DNA from: Heterodontus francisci | Taxonomy: Eukaryota | DNA length: 64,000 nt | Direction of reading: 5' to 3' | Assembly: GCF_036365525.1 (NCBI RefSeq) | Contig: NC_090371.1 | Span: 120,294,388-120,358,387 of the forward strand | Position numbers and translations under genes: made by a program | Shown: positions 13,606-26,030 of the stretch, piece after piece | How the letters are laid out: each line of letters begins with the position of its first letter | How positions within the stretch are numbered: the first letter of the stretch is position 1 | The notes under the pieces: generated by a model | What the model saw: the letters and a program-made list of their open reading frames with translations, nothing else | Told to the model about the DNA's origin: nothing | The model's database searches: none

Positions 13606-16600
13606 GGTAGGCGGTGGTGTAGTGGTATTATCACTGGACTAGTAACCCAGAGACCCAGGGTATTTCTCTGGGGACATGGGTTCAAATCCCACCACAGCAG
13701 AAGGTGGAATTTGATATTTAATTAATAAATCTGGAATTAAAAAAAGCGAGTCTAATGATGGCCATGAAACCATTGTCGATTGTTGTAAAAACCCATCTGG
13801 TTCACTAATGTCCTTGAAGGAAGGAAATCTGCTGTCCTTACCTGGTCTGGCCTACATGTGACTCCAGACCCACAGCAATGTGGTTAACTCTTACATGCCC
13901 TCTGAAATGGCCTATCAAGCCACTCAGTTGTATCTAACCACTAGCAAGTCTATAAAAAGCAATGAAATTGGATGGACCATCCGGCATCGACCGAGGCACC
14001 GGAAACGACAACGGCAAACCCAGCCCTGTCGACCCTGCAAAGTCCTCCTTACTAACATCTGGGGGCTTGTGCCAAAGTTGGGAGAGCTGTCCCACAGACT
14101 AGTCAAGCAACAGCCTGACGTAGTCATACTCAAGAATCATACCTTGCAGATAATGTCCCAGACACTACCATCACCATCCCTGGGTATGTCCTCTCCCACC
14201 GGCAGGACAGACCCACCAAAGGTGGTGGCACAGTGCTATACAGTAGGGAGGGAGTTCCCCTGGGAGTCCTCAGCATCAACTCCGGACCCCATGAAGTCTC
14301 ATGGCATCAGGTCAAACATAGGCAAGGTAACCTCCTACTGATTACCACCTACTGCCCTCCCTCAGCTGATGACTCAATACTCCTCCATGTTGAACACCAC
14401 TTGGAGGAAGCACTGAGGGTGGCAAGGGCACAAAATGCGCTCTGGGTGGGGGACTTCAATGTCCATCACCAAGAGTGGCTCAGTAGCACCACTACTGACC
14501 GAGCTGGCCGAGTCCTAAAGGACATAGCTGCTAGACTGGGTCTGCGGCAGGTGGTGGGGGAACTAACACGAGGGAAAAACATACTTGACCTCATCCTCAC
14601 CAATCTGCCTGCCGCAGATGCTTCTGTCCATGACAGTATTGGTAGGAATGACCGCCGCACAGTACTTGTGGAGACGAAGTCCCACCTTCACATTGAGGAT
14701 ACCGTCCATCGTGTTGTGTGGCACTATCACCGTGCTAAATGGAATAGATTTCGAACAGATCTAGCAATGCAAAACTGGGCATCCATGAGGTGCTGTGGGC
14801 CATCAGCAGCAGCAGAATTGTACTCATCCACAATCTGTAACCTCATGGTCCGCATATCCCCCACTCTACCATTACCATCAAGCCAGGAGACCAACCCTGG
14901 TTCAATGAAGAGTGCAGGAGGGTATGCCAGGAGCAGCACCAGGCATACCTCAAAATGAGGTGTCAACCTGGTGAAGCTACAACCCAGGACTACTTGCATG
15001 CCAAACTGTGTAAGCAGCATGCGATAGACAGAGCTAAGTGATCCCATAACCAACGGAACAGATCTAAACTCTGCAGTCCTGCCACATCCAGCCGTAAATG
15101 GTGGTGGACAATTAAACAACTAACTGGAGGAGGTGGCTCCACAAATATCCCCATCCTCAATGATGGGGGAGCCCAGCACATCAGTGCAAAAGATAAGGCT
15201 GAAGCATTTGCAACAATCTTCAGCCAGAAGTGCCGAGTTGATGATCCATCTCTGCCTCCTCCTGAAATCCCCAGCATCACAGATGCCAGACGTCAACCAA
15301 TTCGATTCACTCCACGTGATATCAAGAAACGACTGAAGGCACTGGATACTGCAAAAGCTATGGGCCCTGACAATATTCCGGCAATAGTACTGAAGACCTG
15401 TGTTCCAGAACTTGCCGCGCCCCCAGCCAAGCTGTTCCAGTACAGCTACAACACTGGCATCTACCCGGCAATGTGGAAAATTGCCCAGGTATGTCCTGTA
15501 CACAAAAAGCAGGACAAGTCCAACCCGGCCAATTACCGCCCCATCAGCCTACTCTCAATCATCAGTAAAGTGATGGAAGGTGTCATCAACAGTGCCATCA
15601 AGCAGTATTTGCCTAGCAATAACCTGCTCAGTGACGCTCAGTTTGGGTTCCGCCAGGGCCACTCAGCCTCTGACCTCATTACAGCCTTGGTTCAAACATG
15701 GACAAAAGAGCTGAACTCAAGAGCTGAGGTGAGAGTGACTGCCCTTGACATAAAGGCAGCATTTGACCGAGTATGGCATCAAGGAGCCCAAGCAAAACCG
15801 AGGTCAATGGGAATCAGGGGGAAAACCCTCCACTGGCTGGAGTCGTACCTAGCGCAAAGGAAGATGGTTGTGATTGTTGGAGGTCAATCATCTCAGCTCC
15901 AGGACATCACTGCAGGAGTTCCTTGGGGTAGTGTCCCGGGCCCAACCATCTTCAGCTGCTTCATCAATAACCATCCTTCAATCATAAGGTCAGAAGTGGG
16001 GATGTTCGCTGATGATTGCACAATGTTCAGCACCATTGGTGACTCCTCAGATACTGAAGCAGTCCGTGTAGAAATGCAGCAAGACCTGGACGATATCCAG
16101 GCTTGGGCTGATAAGTGGCAAGTAACATTCGCACCACACAAGTGCCAGGCAATGACCATCTCCAACAAAAGAGAATCTAACCATCACCCCTTGACATTCA
16201 ACGGCATTACCATTGCTGAATCCCCCACTATCAACATCCTAGGGGCTACCATTGACCAGAAACTGAACTGGAGTAGCCATATAAATACTGTGGCTACAAG
16301 AGCAGGTCAGAGGCTAGGAATCCTGAGGCGAGTAACTCACCTCCTGGCTCCCCAAAGCCTGTCCACCATCTACAAGGCACAAGTCAGGAATACTCTCCAC
16401 TTGCCTGGATGGGTGCAGCTCCAACAACACTCAAGAAGCTCGACACCATCCAGGACAAAGCAGCCCGCTTGATTGGCACACCATCTACTAACATTCACTC
16501 CCTCCACCACCGACGCACAGTAGCAGCAGTGTGTACCATCTACAAGATGCACTGCAGCAATGCAACAAGGCTCCTTAGACAGCACCTTCCAAACCTGCGA

Positions 16601-16895
16601 CCTCTACCAACTAGAAGGACAAGGGCAGCAAATACATGGGAATACCACCACCTACAAGTTCCCCTCCAAGTCACACACGATCCTGGCTTGGAACTATATC
16701 GTCGTTCCTTCACTGTCGCTGGGTCAAAATCCTGGAACTCCCTTCCTAACAGCACTGTGGGTCTACCTACCCCAAATGGACTGCAGCGGTTCATGAAGGC
16801 AGCTCACCACCACCTTCTCAAGGGCAATTAGGGATGGGCAATAAATGCTGGCATAGCTGGTGACGCCCACATCCCATGAATGAATTAAAAAAAAA
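13606..16895 (+). mobile_element. Full-length compact CR1-group LINE (L2/Crack/Daphne-like, clade unresolved) with a tRNA-derived head and a single APE-RT reading frame carrying a few frameshifts
   Basis: Inserted cleanly into an LTR (cagtttg | LINE | aaaagagactgcaac); ORF pieces 13880-14341, 14233-14958, 15360-16472 and 16409-16831; A-tail. Confidence 0.92.
13615..13689 (+). promoter_or_regulatory. RNA polymerase III type-2 internal promoter (A box 13615-13625, B box 13679-13689)
   Basis: TGGTGTAGTGG and GGTTCAAATCC within a tRNA-like head at the LINE 5' end. Confidence 0.8.
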
Positions 16896-19800
16896 GAGAC
16901 TGCAACTGAACTTGAAGAAGCGAGCATCTTTCTCTCTCACACGTAAAGTTCCAGGGACCCACAGAAGTAACTCAAGCCTCAATACAGAAGACCAGCGAAA
17001 CAAGTTTGAAAAAGTGGCCAACTGAGATTTGGACTCGTCTGTTGCAAAGTAAACTAACGGGAAAAGCCCATGAGGTTTATTCCATGTTGCCAGATGAGAG
17101 TTCATGCAATTATGAACTGACAAAAAATGCTATCCTCGGTATATATGAGTTAGTACCAGAAGCCTACCGCCAGAAGTTTAGAAACCTCAAAAAGCAAGCT
17201 GATCAAACTTACTTGGAGTTTGAGGGGAGTAAGCAGCTGGCTTTTGACCAGTGGTTGAGGGGTCTTAAAGTGCAGCCCAGTTATGAAAACCTCAGAAAGG
17301 TAATTTTGCTAGAGGAATTTAAAAACTCTCTCCCACTCTCCATCAAGACACATGTGGAGGAACAAAAAGTTCATCGAGTGAAGCAAGCCACAGTTCTGGC
17401 TGATGAGTTTGCTCTAATATACAAGTCGGTTTCCCAGGGGAAAAACTTTCCTAGTCATCTCCACAAATCTGAAAAGGACAAAGGGTGGGAAGGTGATAGA
17501 AGCCCAAGCATTCCTGGGAGAGAAAGAAAAGCCGGAGACACTGGGGGCCCTCCTCCAGCCCAAAAGGAAGGTGCTGTAAGTATGAGTGAGACCTGGAGAC
17601 CTGTGTGCTTCCGTTATAATAAGTCAGGTCATCTAAGAGCTGACTGCTGGAAACTATGGGGAAAACCTGTAGAATTAATCAGGGCACATCCGCCTAGTGC
17701 AGGAGAAAGGACCCTGATGGAAAGCACAGCTGAACAAGCTGTGGCTTTAACTGCAGCAGTTGTAAGGCCAGAAAACATACTGCTATAGGTGCAGGTACAT
17801 TTAATAGGGTTCCTGAAGGTTATCAGGATTTTGTGTCTGAAGGGAGTGTAACCCTATACCCCTCGAGTGGGGCAAGCAAGCCCACAGTAATCCTCAGGGA
17901 CACAGAGGCCACCAGATCCCTTTTACTGGGAAAAGGCCTGATATTTCCCCCAGAGAGTGTAGTAAATAACAGAATGGTGGTAAATGGTATTGGAGGGCAG
18001 TGTACACCTGTACCTTTACATCGGGTGCACTTGGAGTGGTGACCTAGTTTCGGGACCGGTGACCGTAGGGATTGTTCCTAGTTTACCTGTGGACAGCGTT
18101 GACCTGCTCCTAGGTAATGATCTGGCGGGCGCGAAGGTGGTAGCCTCCCCAGTAGTGATAGAGAGACCGCAGGAGGTAAGAGACAGTGTCGTGGCAGGAA
18201 ATGGTCCCCTCCTGTTTCCCTACATGTCTAGTGAATCGGGCCATGATCAAACCAGCTGCCCCCAGAGGAGACTGAATTGGCACTGCAGACAGATGACAAT
18301 GAGGTCTGTCTGTCTGAGACTTTCTCTGGAAAGTTAAAGGACCCAGGGAATGAATTAAATAAATCTTCCCCAGCTAAGGCTCAGTGAACTGACCCAGTAC
18401 TGAGAGAGTTAGCACAGGCTGCCCAGTCTGAAATTGAAGCAGAGGGAGTCCCTGATTGCTACTATTTAAAGAATGAGGCACTGATGAGGAAATGGAGTTC
18501 TCCTCACAGACCTGAGAGCAAGGAGTGGACAGTAGTTCACCAGTTAATGTTGCCGCAGAGGTACTGGAGAGAAATATTAAGAATGTTAAGATTACAGTGG
18601 CTGTACATGTTGGTATACAAAAAGCCAAAGTCCGCATAAGACAGCAGTTTGACGGGCCAAAACTCCACAAAGATATGGTGGAGTACCGTAGGAGTTGCCA
18701 CATGTGCCCAGTTAAGGGGAAACCCCAACCTACAGTGAAATCTGCACCCCTAAGTCCTGTACCAGCGTTTGGAGGACCCTCTAGCAGAGGACTGTCGACT
18801 GTAAGGGACCCCTGATGAGAACAAAAGGTGACAGACAGGCACAAGGCTGGCAAGAGGTTAAAGAGGAAAGGGGAAAAAGGGACAAAAAGGACAGGTTAAA
18901 GGAGATCCGGGAGGTTTCCCAAATGGAAACCCCTACTGTCTGGTCAGCCAACCCCAAAATGTTGGGAAAATTAGACACACATCCTCTATGTAAATGCTGA
19001 CACTAGAAGCACCCCACCGGAGTTGCTAACAGCATTTACAGAAACCTGCAGGGGCAAAGAGAGTCCTCAGGAAGGCAGAGAAACTGTGAGGGTGATGCCT
19101 CATCTAGTCGAAGTGCTTCAGGGGAGTGCAGTAGAATCTGGACAAATACCTGCATGCAGGAATGTTCCAGAGGACAAAGCGTAGATTAGCAAAGAATCCA
19201 CCCCCACAGTCTGGAAAAAAAGGAACCAACCATGCTCTAAAGTGAAAACCACTTGCCTGACTCATCAGGGCACTGAAAGAGAGATCAGAGTGGATCCACC
19301 CATGCTGACTCCCATAAACAGAACTCCAAACCAGGGTTATTAAATCTCACCCTTACCCACCACCCCCCCTTCCCACCTCCCGCAGATCTCAACAGGAACA
19401 AAGGCGCGCTAGGCAGTCATGGAAATGCGCAAACTGCAAACCTCCCCAAAAATCACATGTTTACTTAGATGCCCATTCCCAACATATTGCAGGCTGGTAG
19501 TGAAGAAATTTCAAACCCCTTTAGGCAACACATAACTATCTCAGACCCACCTCAAGGGAAAAGGGGCAGTTTAAAACAGCACTGCTACAAAGGAAATACA
19601 GGCTGTAACAATTTTTAGGATTTCTGAATGAATGAGAGTGAATGAGAGAAATACATGTCTGTTTTCCTGTACCTTCTCTTCTTTCTATTTTTATCATGAA
19701 ATGCTCTCCTAATAGTGCATTTCATTCTGCTGGATGTGGAGGTGTGACAGAAACCACACCTTCCAAAATGAGGCATATTAATTTCATCATAAGAACATTA

Positions 19801-20437
19801 TTTTTGAACTGTTACTGGACTTGAAATAACTTGTTTAAAAAGACCACAAAAGTGGCTGAAAACATGGCTGCACATTTGCATTCTAAAAGACAGTTGCATG
19901 AAGAAGAAAATGGGAGTGCCTCCCTGATTCAATTAGCCAGATGGATTTTCCATAATGATGATGAAGAGAGATTGAGAGTCATTGATTCAGCATCCCACCG
20001 CTCCACTGTGAGTGTCAGGTGAGCTTGAAGGAATCCACAAATCTTGCAGGTGAGGCTGCTCTAAACGAGGAGCATGACTAATCTACTGGCCAACCTGGAT
20101 TTAATTGAATTGTGCTGTCATTGAACTTAAGCTTGTGCTATTCTGTATGTATCCTTCTTGTCCGATATATTAATACATTGATAGTACTGCATCATCTTCT
20201 GGAATGTCTTGGATAGAAACAAAGTGTAGTGGGCACTAGCGATGTAGAATTAAAGGAGTCCTAAAGAGCATTAGTTGTCTAAATAGGTAGAAAATCAAGA
20301 GGCTTTAGCTTTTGGTTCATAAGGGTTATGAAGTTTTCTAACCAGCGAAACCATTGTGAAGGTAACAGTTCATTAAAAATACCTTAAATTTAAATCATAC
20401 CGGTGGCAGAAAGTTGTGAGAGCATGTCCCATCCATG

Positions 20438-21960
20438 GAATCATAGAATCACAGTGCAGAAGGAGGCCATTCAGTCCTTCTTGTCTTTGCCTGCTCTCTA
20501 CAAGAGCAACTCACCTAGACCTACTATCCTACCCTTCCCCATAGCCCTGCGATTGAATCTGCCTCCTCCACACTCTCATGTTGTGCATTCCCAATTCTAA
20601 CCACCCGTTGCATAAAAGAAGATTTTTCTCATGTCGCCATTGGTTCTTTTGCCAATCACCTTAAATTGGCATCCTCCCGTTCTTGATTCTTCTGGCAATG
20701 GGACAGTTTCTCCCTATCTACCCTGTCCAACCCCTCATGATTTTGAACATCTCTATCAAATCTTCTCTCAACCTTCTCTTCTCTAAAGAGAACAACCCCA
20801 GATTTTCCAATCTATCCATGTAACTGAAGTCTCTTATCCCCAGAACCATTCTCGGAAATCTTCTCTGCACCCTCTCCAATGCCTTCACATCCTTCCTAAA
20901 GTGCGGTGCAAAGAATTCAACACAATACTCCAGTTGAGGCCAAACCAGTATTTTATAAAGGTTCACCAGAGCTTCTTTGTTTTTATGTTCTAAGCCTCTA
21001 TTTATAAAGCCCAGGATCCAGTATGCCCTTTTAACCACTTTCGCAACCTGCCCTGCCACCTTTAATAATTCGTACATATATACCCTCTGCTTCTGCCATC
21101 CCTTTAAAATTGCAATCTTTATTTTAAATTGCCTCTCTCATTCTTGCTACCAAAATGAATCACATCACACTTTTCTGCATTAAATTTCATCTTCCATGTG
21201 TGCACCCATTCCACCAGTCTGAATATGTCCTCTTGAAGTCAATCACTATCTTCCTCACAGGTCACAATACCTCCAAGTTTTGTGTCATCCACAAATTTTG
21301 ATATTGTGCCCTGTACACCCGAGTCTAAGTCATCAATATACATCAAGAAAAGCAGTGGTCATATTACCAGCCCCTGGGGAACCCCACAGTATACCTTCAT
21401 CCAGTCCTTCACCACTTCCTGTCACTCAGCCAACTTCGTATCCATGCTGCCACTGTCCCTTTTAATCCAGGGGCTTCAACTTTGCTGATAAGCCTCTTTT
21501 GTGCCACTTTTATCAAATGCCTTTTGGAAGTCCATGTTCAGGACATCAACTGCATTGCCCTCATCAACCCTCTCTGTTAGCTCATCAAAAAATTCAGGCA
21601 AGTTGATTAAACACAATTTTCCCTTAATAACTCAGTGCTGGTTTCCTTAATTAATCCACAATTTTCCAAGTGACTGTTAATGTCATCCCAAATTATCGTT
21701 TCTAAAAGTTTTCCCACCACTGAAGTTGAACTGACTCACCTGTAGTTGCTGGATTTATCTTTACACACTTTTTTGACCAAGGGCCAAGATTTGCAATTTT
21801 CCAGGTTTTTAGCACCAACCCTGTATCTAAGGAGGATTGAAAGGTTGTGGCCAGCAATTTCCATCCTTACTTCCATCAGCATCCTCAGATGCATCCCATC
21901 CAGTCCTGGTGCATTATCTACTTAAAGTACAGCCACCTTTTCTAATACCTCCACTTTATC
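20438..21960 (-). mobile_element. Degraded CR1 ORF2 3' half
   Basis: ORF 20718-21077 (LYKILVWPQLEYCVEFF) and CR1 3' tail near 20440. Confidence 0.85.
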
Positions 21961-22729
21961 AATTTTCTGTCCATCCAGTATCTCAACTACAATTTCATAA
22001 AATCAACCTTGCGGAAGGTCATTGCCATCAAAACCTATTCACTTATTCAGACTATTGTCCTGAAGAATTTTCCCATTGCTTCTGTTACCTTTGAGGTTTT
22101 ACACCACTACGGCAATTTTCAGCACTGCAGCCCCAGCTGATTAGTGAACTATGATGTCACACTATCATGTGTTAGCTGGCAATGTGTGCCAGTTGAACAT
22201 TAGAGCAGACTGATCAAATATTCAGGCAAATACTGTAACATAAACTGAAAATGCTAGTAATACACAGCCGGGCAGGCAGCATCTGTGCAGAGGGACACAG
22301 TTAGAGATAGAAATTCGGCCACATAGCACCAGTGTCAATGGTACTGCAGACACCGGATGCCCTTTGTCTGGGACATGCAGCGCTTCCAGCCACTTCTAGT
22401 GCAGCCGCAGGGTGCCCCATGCTGGGAAGGGCATTCACACGGACAGGCCATATATGCACCGGAAGCTTCCCAACTGGCCAGATTGTGACATCAAACCGTT
22501 GGTTTACAAATTACAAACTTGGAGCTTGTGGCTCCACTCCATGCATTTGTGTGTCACTCACAAAAGAGCAGGCTTACAGCTACAAGAGTGTCCCAACACT
22601 TTCTTTATTTAAATACTCAGGCACCTAACTTGCAGGTAGGTGATTTAGACTAACTTCTGCTACTGGAAAATTACGACGTTTCTGGAGTACTGTGGAGTGT
22701 TTTTGGAGTTGCTGTGGTGAGTTGCTGGA

Positions 22730-24420
22730 TTTGGCAGGGAGTGTTGTAACATCCATTCAGGGAGGGCAAAGGATTTGGTGACCAGTCCACACAAAGGCTA
22801 CATCAGGTATAGGAGCTGCAGCTGCAGTGCCTCAGGGTCTGCAGCATGACAAGAAGATGGAGTACAGGCTGCAGAGAGGGAAAGCTCTAGGTGATGCCCT
22901 CTGCCGACTTGGATCAGACTCCTCCATGCTCCTTGACAGAGACAGGAAGCTATCTGGCAGGCCAGTCAATGCACCCAGCATCTCGGTGTGCATCCTCATC
23001 AGCATTCTTCCATATGCCACTCCATTGAAGTCCTCATCTATAGCAGAGCTCATTTGCAACCTCACCCTTTCATGAGCTGACACAAACTATCATTCCCCCT
23101 GGCCTGGCCGCAGCCCACCCCTGTCCAGTGACTCACCAGGTGTTGATCTCGACTCGATACTAGCTTCTAAGGTAGGTGCAGTGCCAGTGTCTGAGCTGGC
23201 GGCTCTGTATGTCAGATCATGTGACAGGGCATCTTCATCAGCGATCTGATGCAGCTCCCTAGGGCTACTGTAGCTGGAGAGCTGGTAGCTCTTGGATGGG
23301 GAAAAGTAAAAGAGAAAGGAAAAGTTCTTGTGAGGGAAGGGGAGGGGGGGTGGGAATGGAAAGCAAGAGGTCCATGGTCGCACCATCAGCTGTTTGCACA
23401 ACATGTCAGATAGCAGGATGAGGGTGTGGTGGGAGTTGCGAAAGTGTATAAGGCAGGAGCATATCATGCCGAACATATCATCATATGGTTCTCAGTGATA
23501 CCAGATGCCATGGGTTCAGTCTCAGCTAGTCCCATGATAAGGAGAATAATTTCCTCTGTAGGGCTCAGGAGATGTGGCTATCTTTGTCCCTCACCGGTTC
23601 TGCTCTACTCCCTCCTGTTGTAAGCCACCTTATACTGCAAGAGAAAGGGAGGAATGTCAGTGATTGTGTTGCACTGGGTTTGGTAATGTGCCTTCCATGG
23701 ATGAATAGCTGGAGGGATGTGGAGGCAGCAAGAGGCGTGTGTGAGTCTGGCATCATTGGAATGTGTGTGAGACTGAGGTGGAGTATCTAGATGTTAGGCC
23801 TAAGTGTCAGGGACTGTTGATGGCTGAGTGATGAGGGTGTGATGCATTGAGCAGTGTGAGAGGTTGATGTTGGAGTGGGTAGGAGTTGTGTTTTGAAGAT
23901 GCATTCACTGACCTTAATTATTGCATGAATTCACTGAACTTCTTGTGGTATCACTGCCAGGTCCTCAAGCCCAGACTCCAGGCATTGACTTAAAAGCAAA
24001 ATACTGCAGATGCTGGAAATCTGAAACACCAACAAGAAATGCCGGAAATACTCAGCAGGTCTGGCAGCATCTGTGGAGAGAGAAGCAGAGTTAACGTTTC
24101 AGGTCAGTTCTGATGAAAGGTCACTGACCTGAAACGTTAACACTGCTTCTCTCTCCACAGATGCCGCCAGACCTGCTGAATATTTCCAGCATTTTTTGTT
24201 TGTGTTCCAGGCATTGACTTCCCTGGCCACCTGTTCCCATTCCCTTCGAAGGCTTGCCTTGAGGGCCTCCTGGTCCCCTGCAGGAACATGACCTCTCTCC
24301 TCCTGTCAATCTCCATCACTGAGGCCTCCAGCACTGCATTTGTGATCTTTGGAGCCCGGTCTCTTCCCTGGTGCTCCATTTCTGCAGCTCCTACTTGCAG
24401 TCAGTGTTAATACAGGCAGT
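22730..24420 (-). mobile_element. Harbinger/PIF-type transposon remnant (Myb/SANT-like ORF, multi-exon, degraded)
   Basis: From 24379: RAPKITNAVLEASVMEIDRRREVMF, then after a frameshift WEQVAREVNA..RTWQ*YHKKF; later KVAYNRRE*SRTG near 23620. Confidence 0.65.
23992..24205. mobile_element. Penelope-derived palindromic mini-element with a hammerhead-like core
   Basis: About 75-bp inverted arms around ctgatga-aaggtcactgacct-gaaa; 15-bp TSD tccaggcattgactt at 23977-23991 and 24206-24220. Confidence 0.8.
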
Positions 24421-24659
24421 CAGCAGCAGCTCCCTTCCATGAGTGCAGCTCCCCTTTAAGAGGGTCAGTTTGTGCTATCAGCACACGCAGCTCAGCTGCT
24501 TGCTGAGTACCCAGGCAGCCAGCAGCACTGGCCCTACTTGATTAATGCTACAATCAGGTAAATGTTCCCTCAATGGGAACAGGGCATAGACACGTTGCAA
24601 CCATGACCCCCCATATCTGAAAATGGGCCTTAATGAATTTTTAGTCCTTCATGTTTCAT

Positions 24660-24925
24660 GTCTGTGACCTACAGTCAGAACTGGAAAAAGTTAGAGATGT
24701 AACAGATTTTAAGCAAGCACAGGGGCAAGGAAATGGGGTGAGGGGGGGTGCGGGGGCAGGAAGGAGAAAATAAAAGAAAATGTCTGTGATATGGTGGAAA
24801 GCTGTAATGACTTAAATGGCAAAGGGGATGATAGTGTAAGGCATAAGGGGGTGGTAATGAGACAAGTAAAGCAACAAAAAATGGGTCTAGAATAGCTGTA
24901 AATGGCAAAAGCAGAATCATTCATA
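24660..24925 (-). mobile_element. Penelope-like terminal repeat fragment
   Basis: Similar to 43060-43300. Confidence 0.6.
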
Positions 24926-25680
24926 ATTTTTTTTGTAATATTCCAGTTTTGCAAGTGAATACAAGATAAATTGTACTGTATTCCAAAGTACTCTCCTGCT
25001 CATATTGAAGTACTGTCTTGACCACCCAATCAGGCAGTTTAACATTTTATTTGAAAGACAGCGTCTCCAATAATGCAGTACTTCCTCAGTACTGCACTGA
25101 TGTCAGACTGGATTTTGTGCTCTGGATGGGACTTCAACTGAACCATTCAACTTGGAGTTAGGACTGTCAAAGAGCCACTTATATACGTTTCTCATGTCTA
25201 TCCAAAACTCATTGCAAAATCCAGGCAGTTAAAAGTGTTAATCCAGCATTTAGGCCTGTGACCTCAAATCTTTAAGATCTTTATAGGCATAAATAAATTT
25301 TATGTTACATGAACTGTACAGCAAGGAGAAATGGTCCAACTGTGTCTGCTTATAGACTGGACTAAAATTAGTCCTGCACACTAATTTTCCCCAAGGTAGC
25401 AAGTTTTGTTCCAAATATTTTATGTAATCCTTCTTCCTCGTTAAATTAGTCCTTTAAATGAGGTCAGGCAAGAAGCTATAAATAGTACTGTTTAGCTTAC
25501 AGCTAGATTATGCAACTCCTCTGAGGATTTTAAGTGTTTTTGAAATACATTCAAGCAGTTGATCCATGTTGTGACTACTAATGCAGTCTTGTACATTTTC
25601 TCTCTACATCCCTCCTGGCTGTAATTATTTTACTTTCTCTTACAATATAGTACAAATGATGGTTTAAATGAGAAAAATAC

Positions 25681-26030
25681 TTTTATTTATTATTCGTTTG
25701 TGGGATGTGGGTGTCGCTGGCTAGGCCAGCATTTAGTGCCCATCCCTAATTGACCTTGAACTGAGTGGCTTGCTAGGCCATTTCAGAGGGCATTTTAAGA
25801 GCCAACCACATTGCTATGGGTCTGGAGTCACACATAGGCCAGACCAGGTAAGAACAGCAGATTTCCTTCTCTAAAGGAAATTAGTGAACCAGATTGGTTC
25901 AACAATCGGCAATGGTTTCATGGTCGTTATTAGACTAGCGTTTCTAATTCCAGATTTATTAATTGAATTCAAATTTCACCATCTGCCCTGTGGGATTTGA
26001 ACCCATGTCCCCAGAGCATTGGCCTGGGCT
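25681..26030 (-). mobile_element. tRNA-headed SINE sharing both ends with the 13606 LINE
   Basis: The reverse complement has the B box gggttcaaatccc, the core gtgactccagaccc..aagccactcagtt and the LINE 3' tail. Confidence 0.88.

Larger units (their letters stand above)
13215..20116 (+). mobile_element. Gmr1-like LTR element: split 5' LTR (13215-13605 and 16896-17008), gag, protease, integrase zinc-finger remnant, PPT, truncated 3' LTR (19743-20116)
   Basis: Both LTRs start tgtgac and are highly similar; gag ORF 17006-17788 with a knuckle remnant; protease LRDT(E)A; H..CxxC integrase motif 18525-18815 directly after the protease; purine-rich tract before 19743. Confidence 0.88.

Noticed and set aside
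13606-13695. Possible tRNA gene
   Set aside because: It has A and B boxes but no convincing cloverleaf or terminator; it is the head of a retroelement
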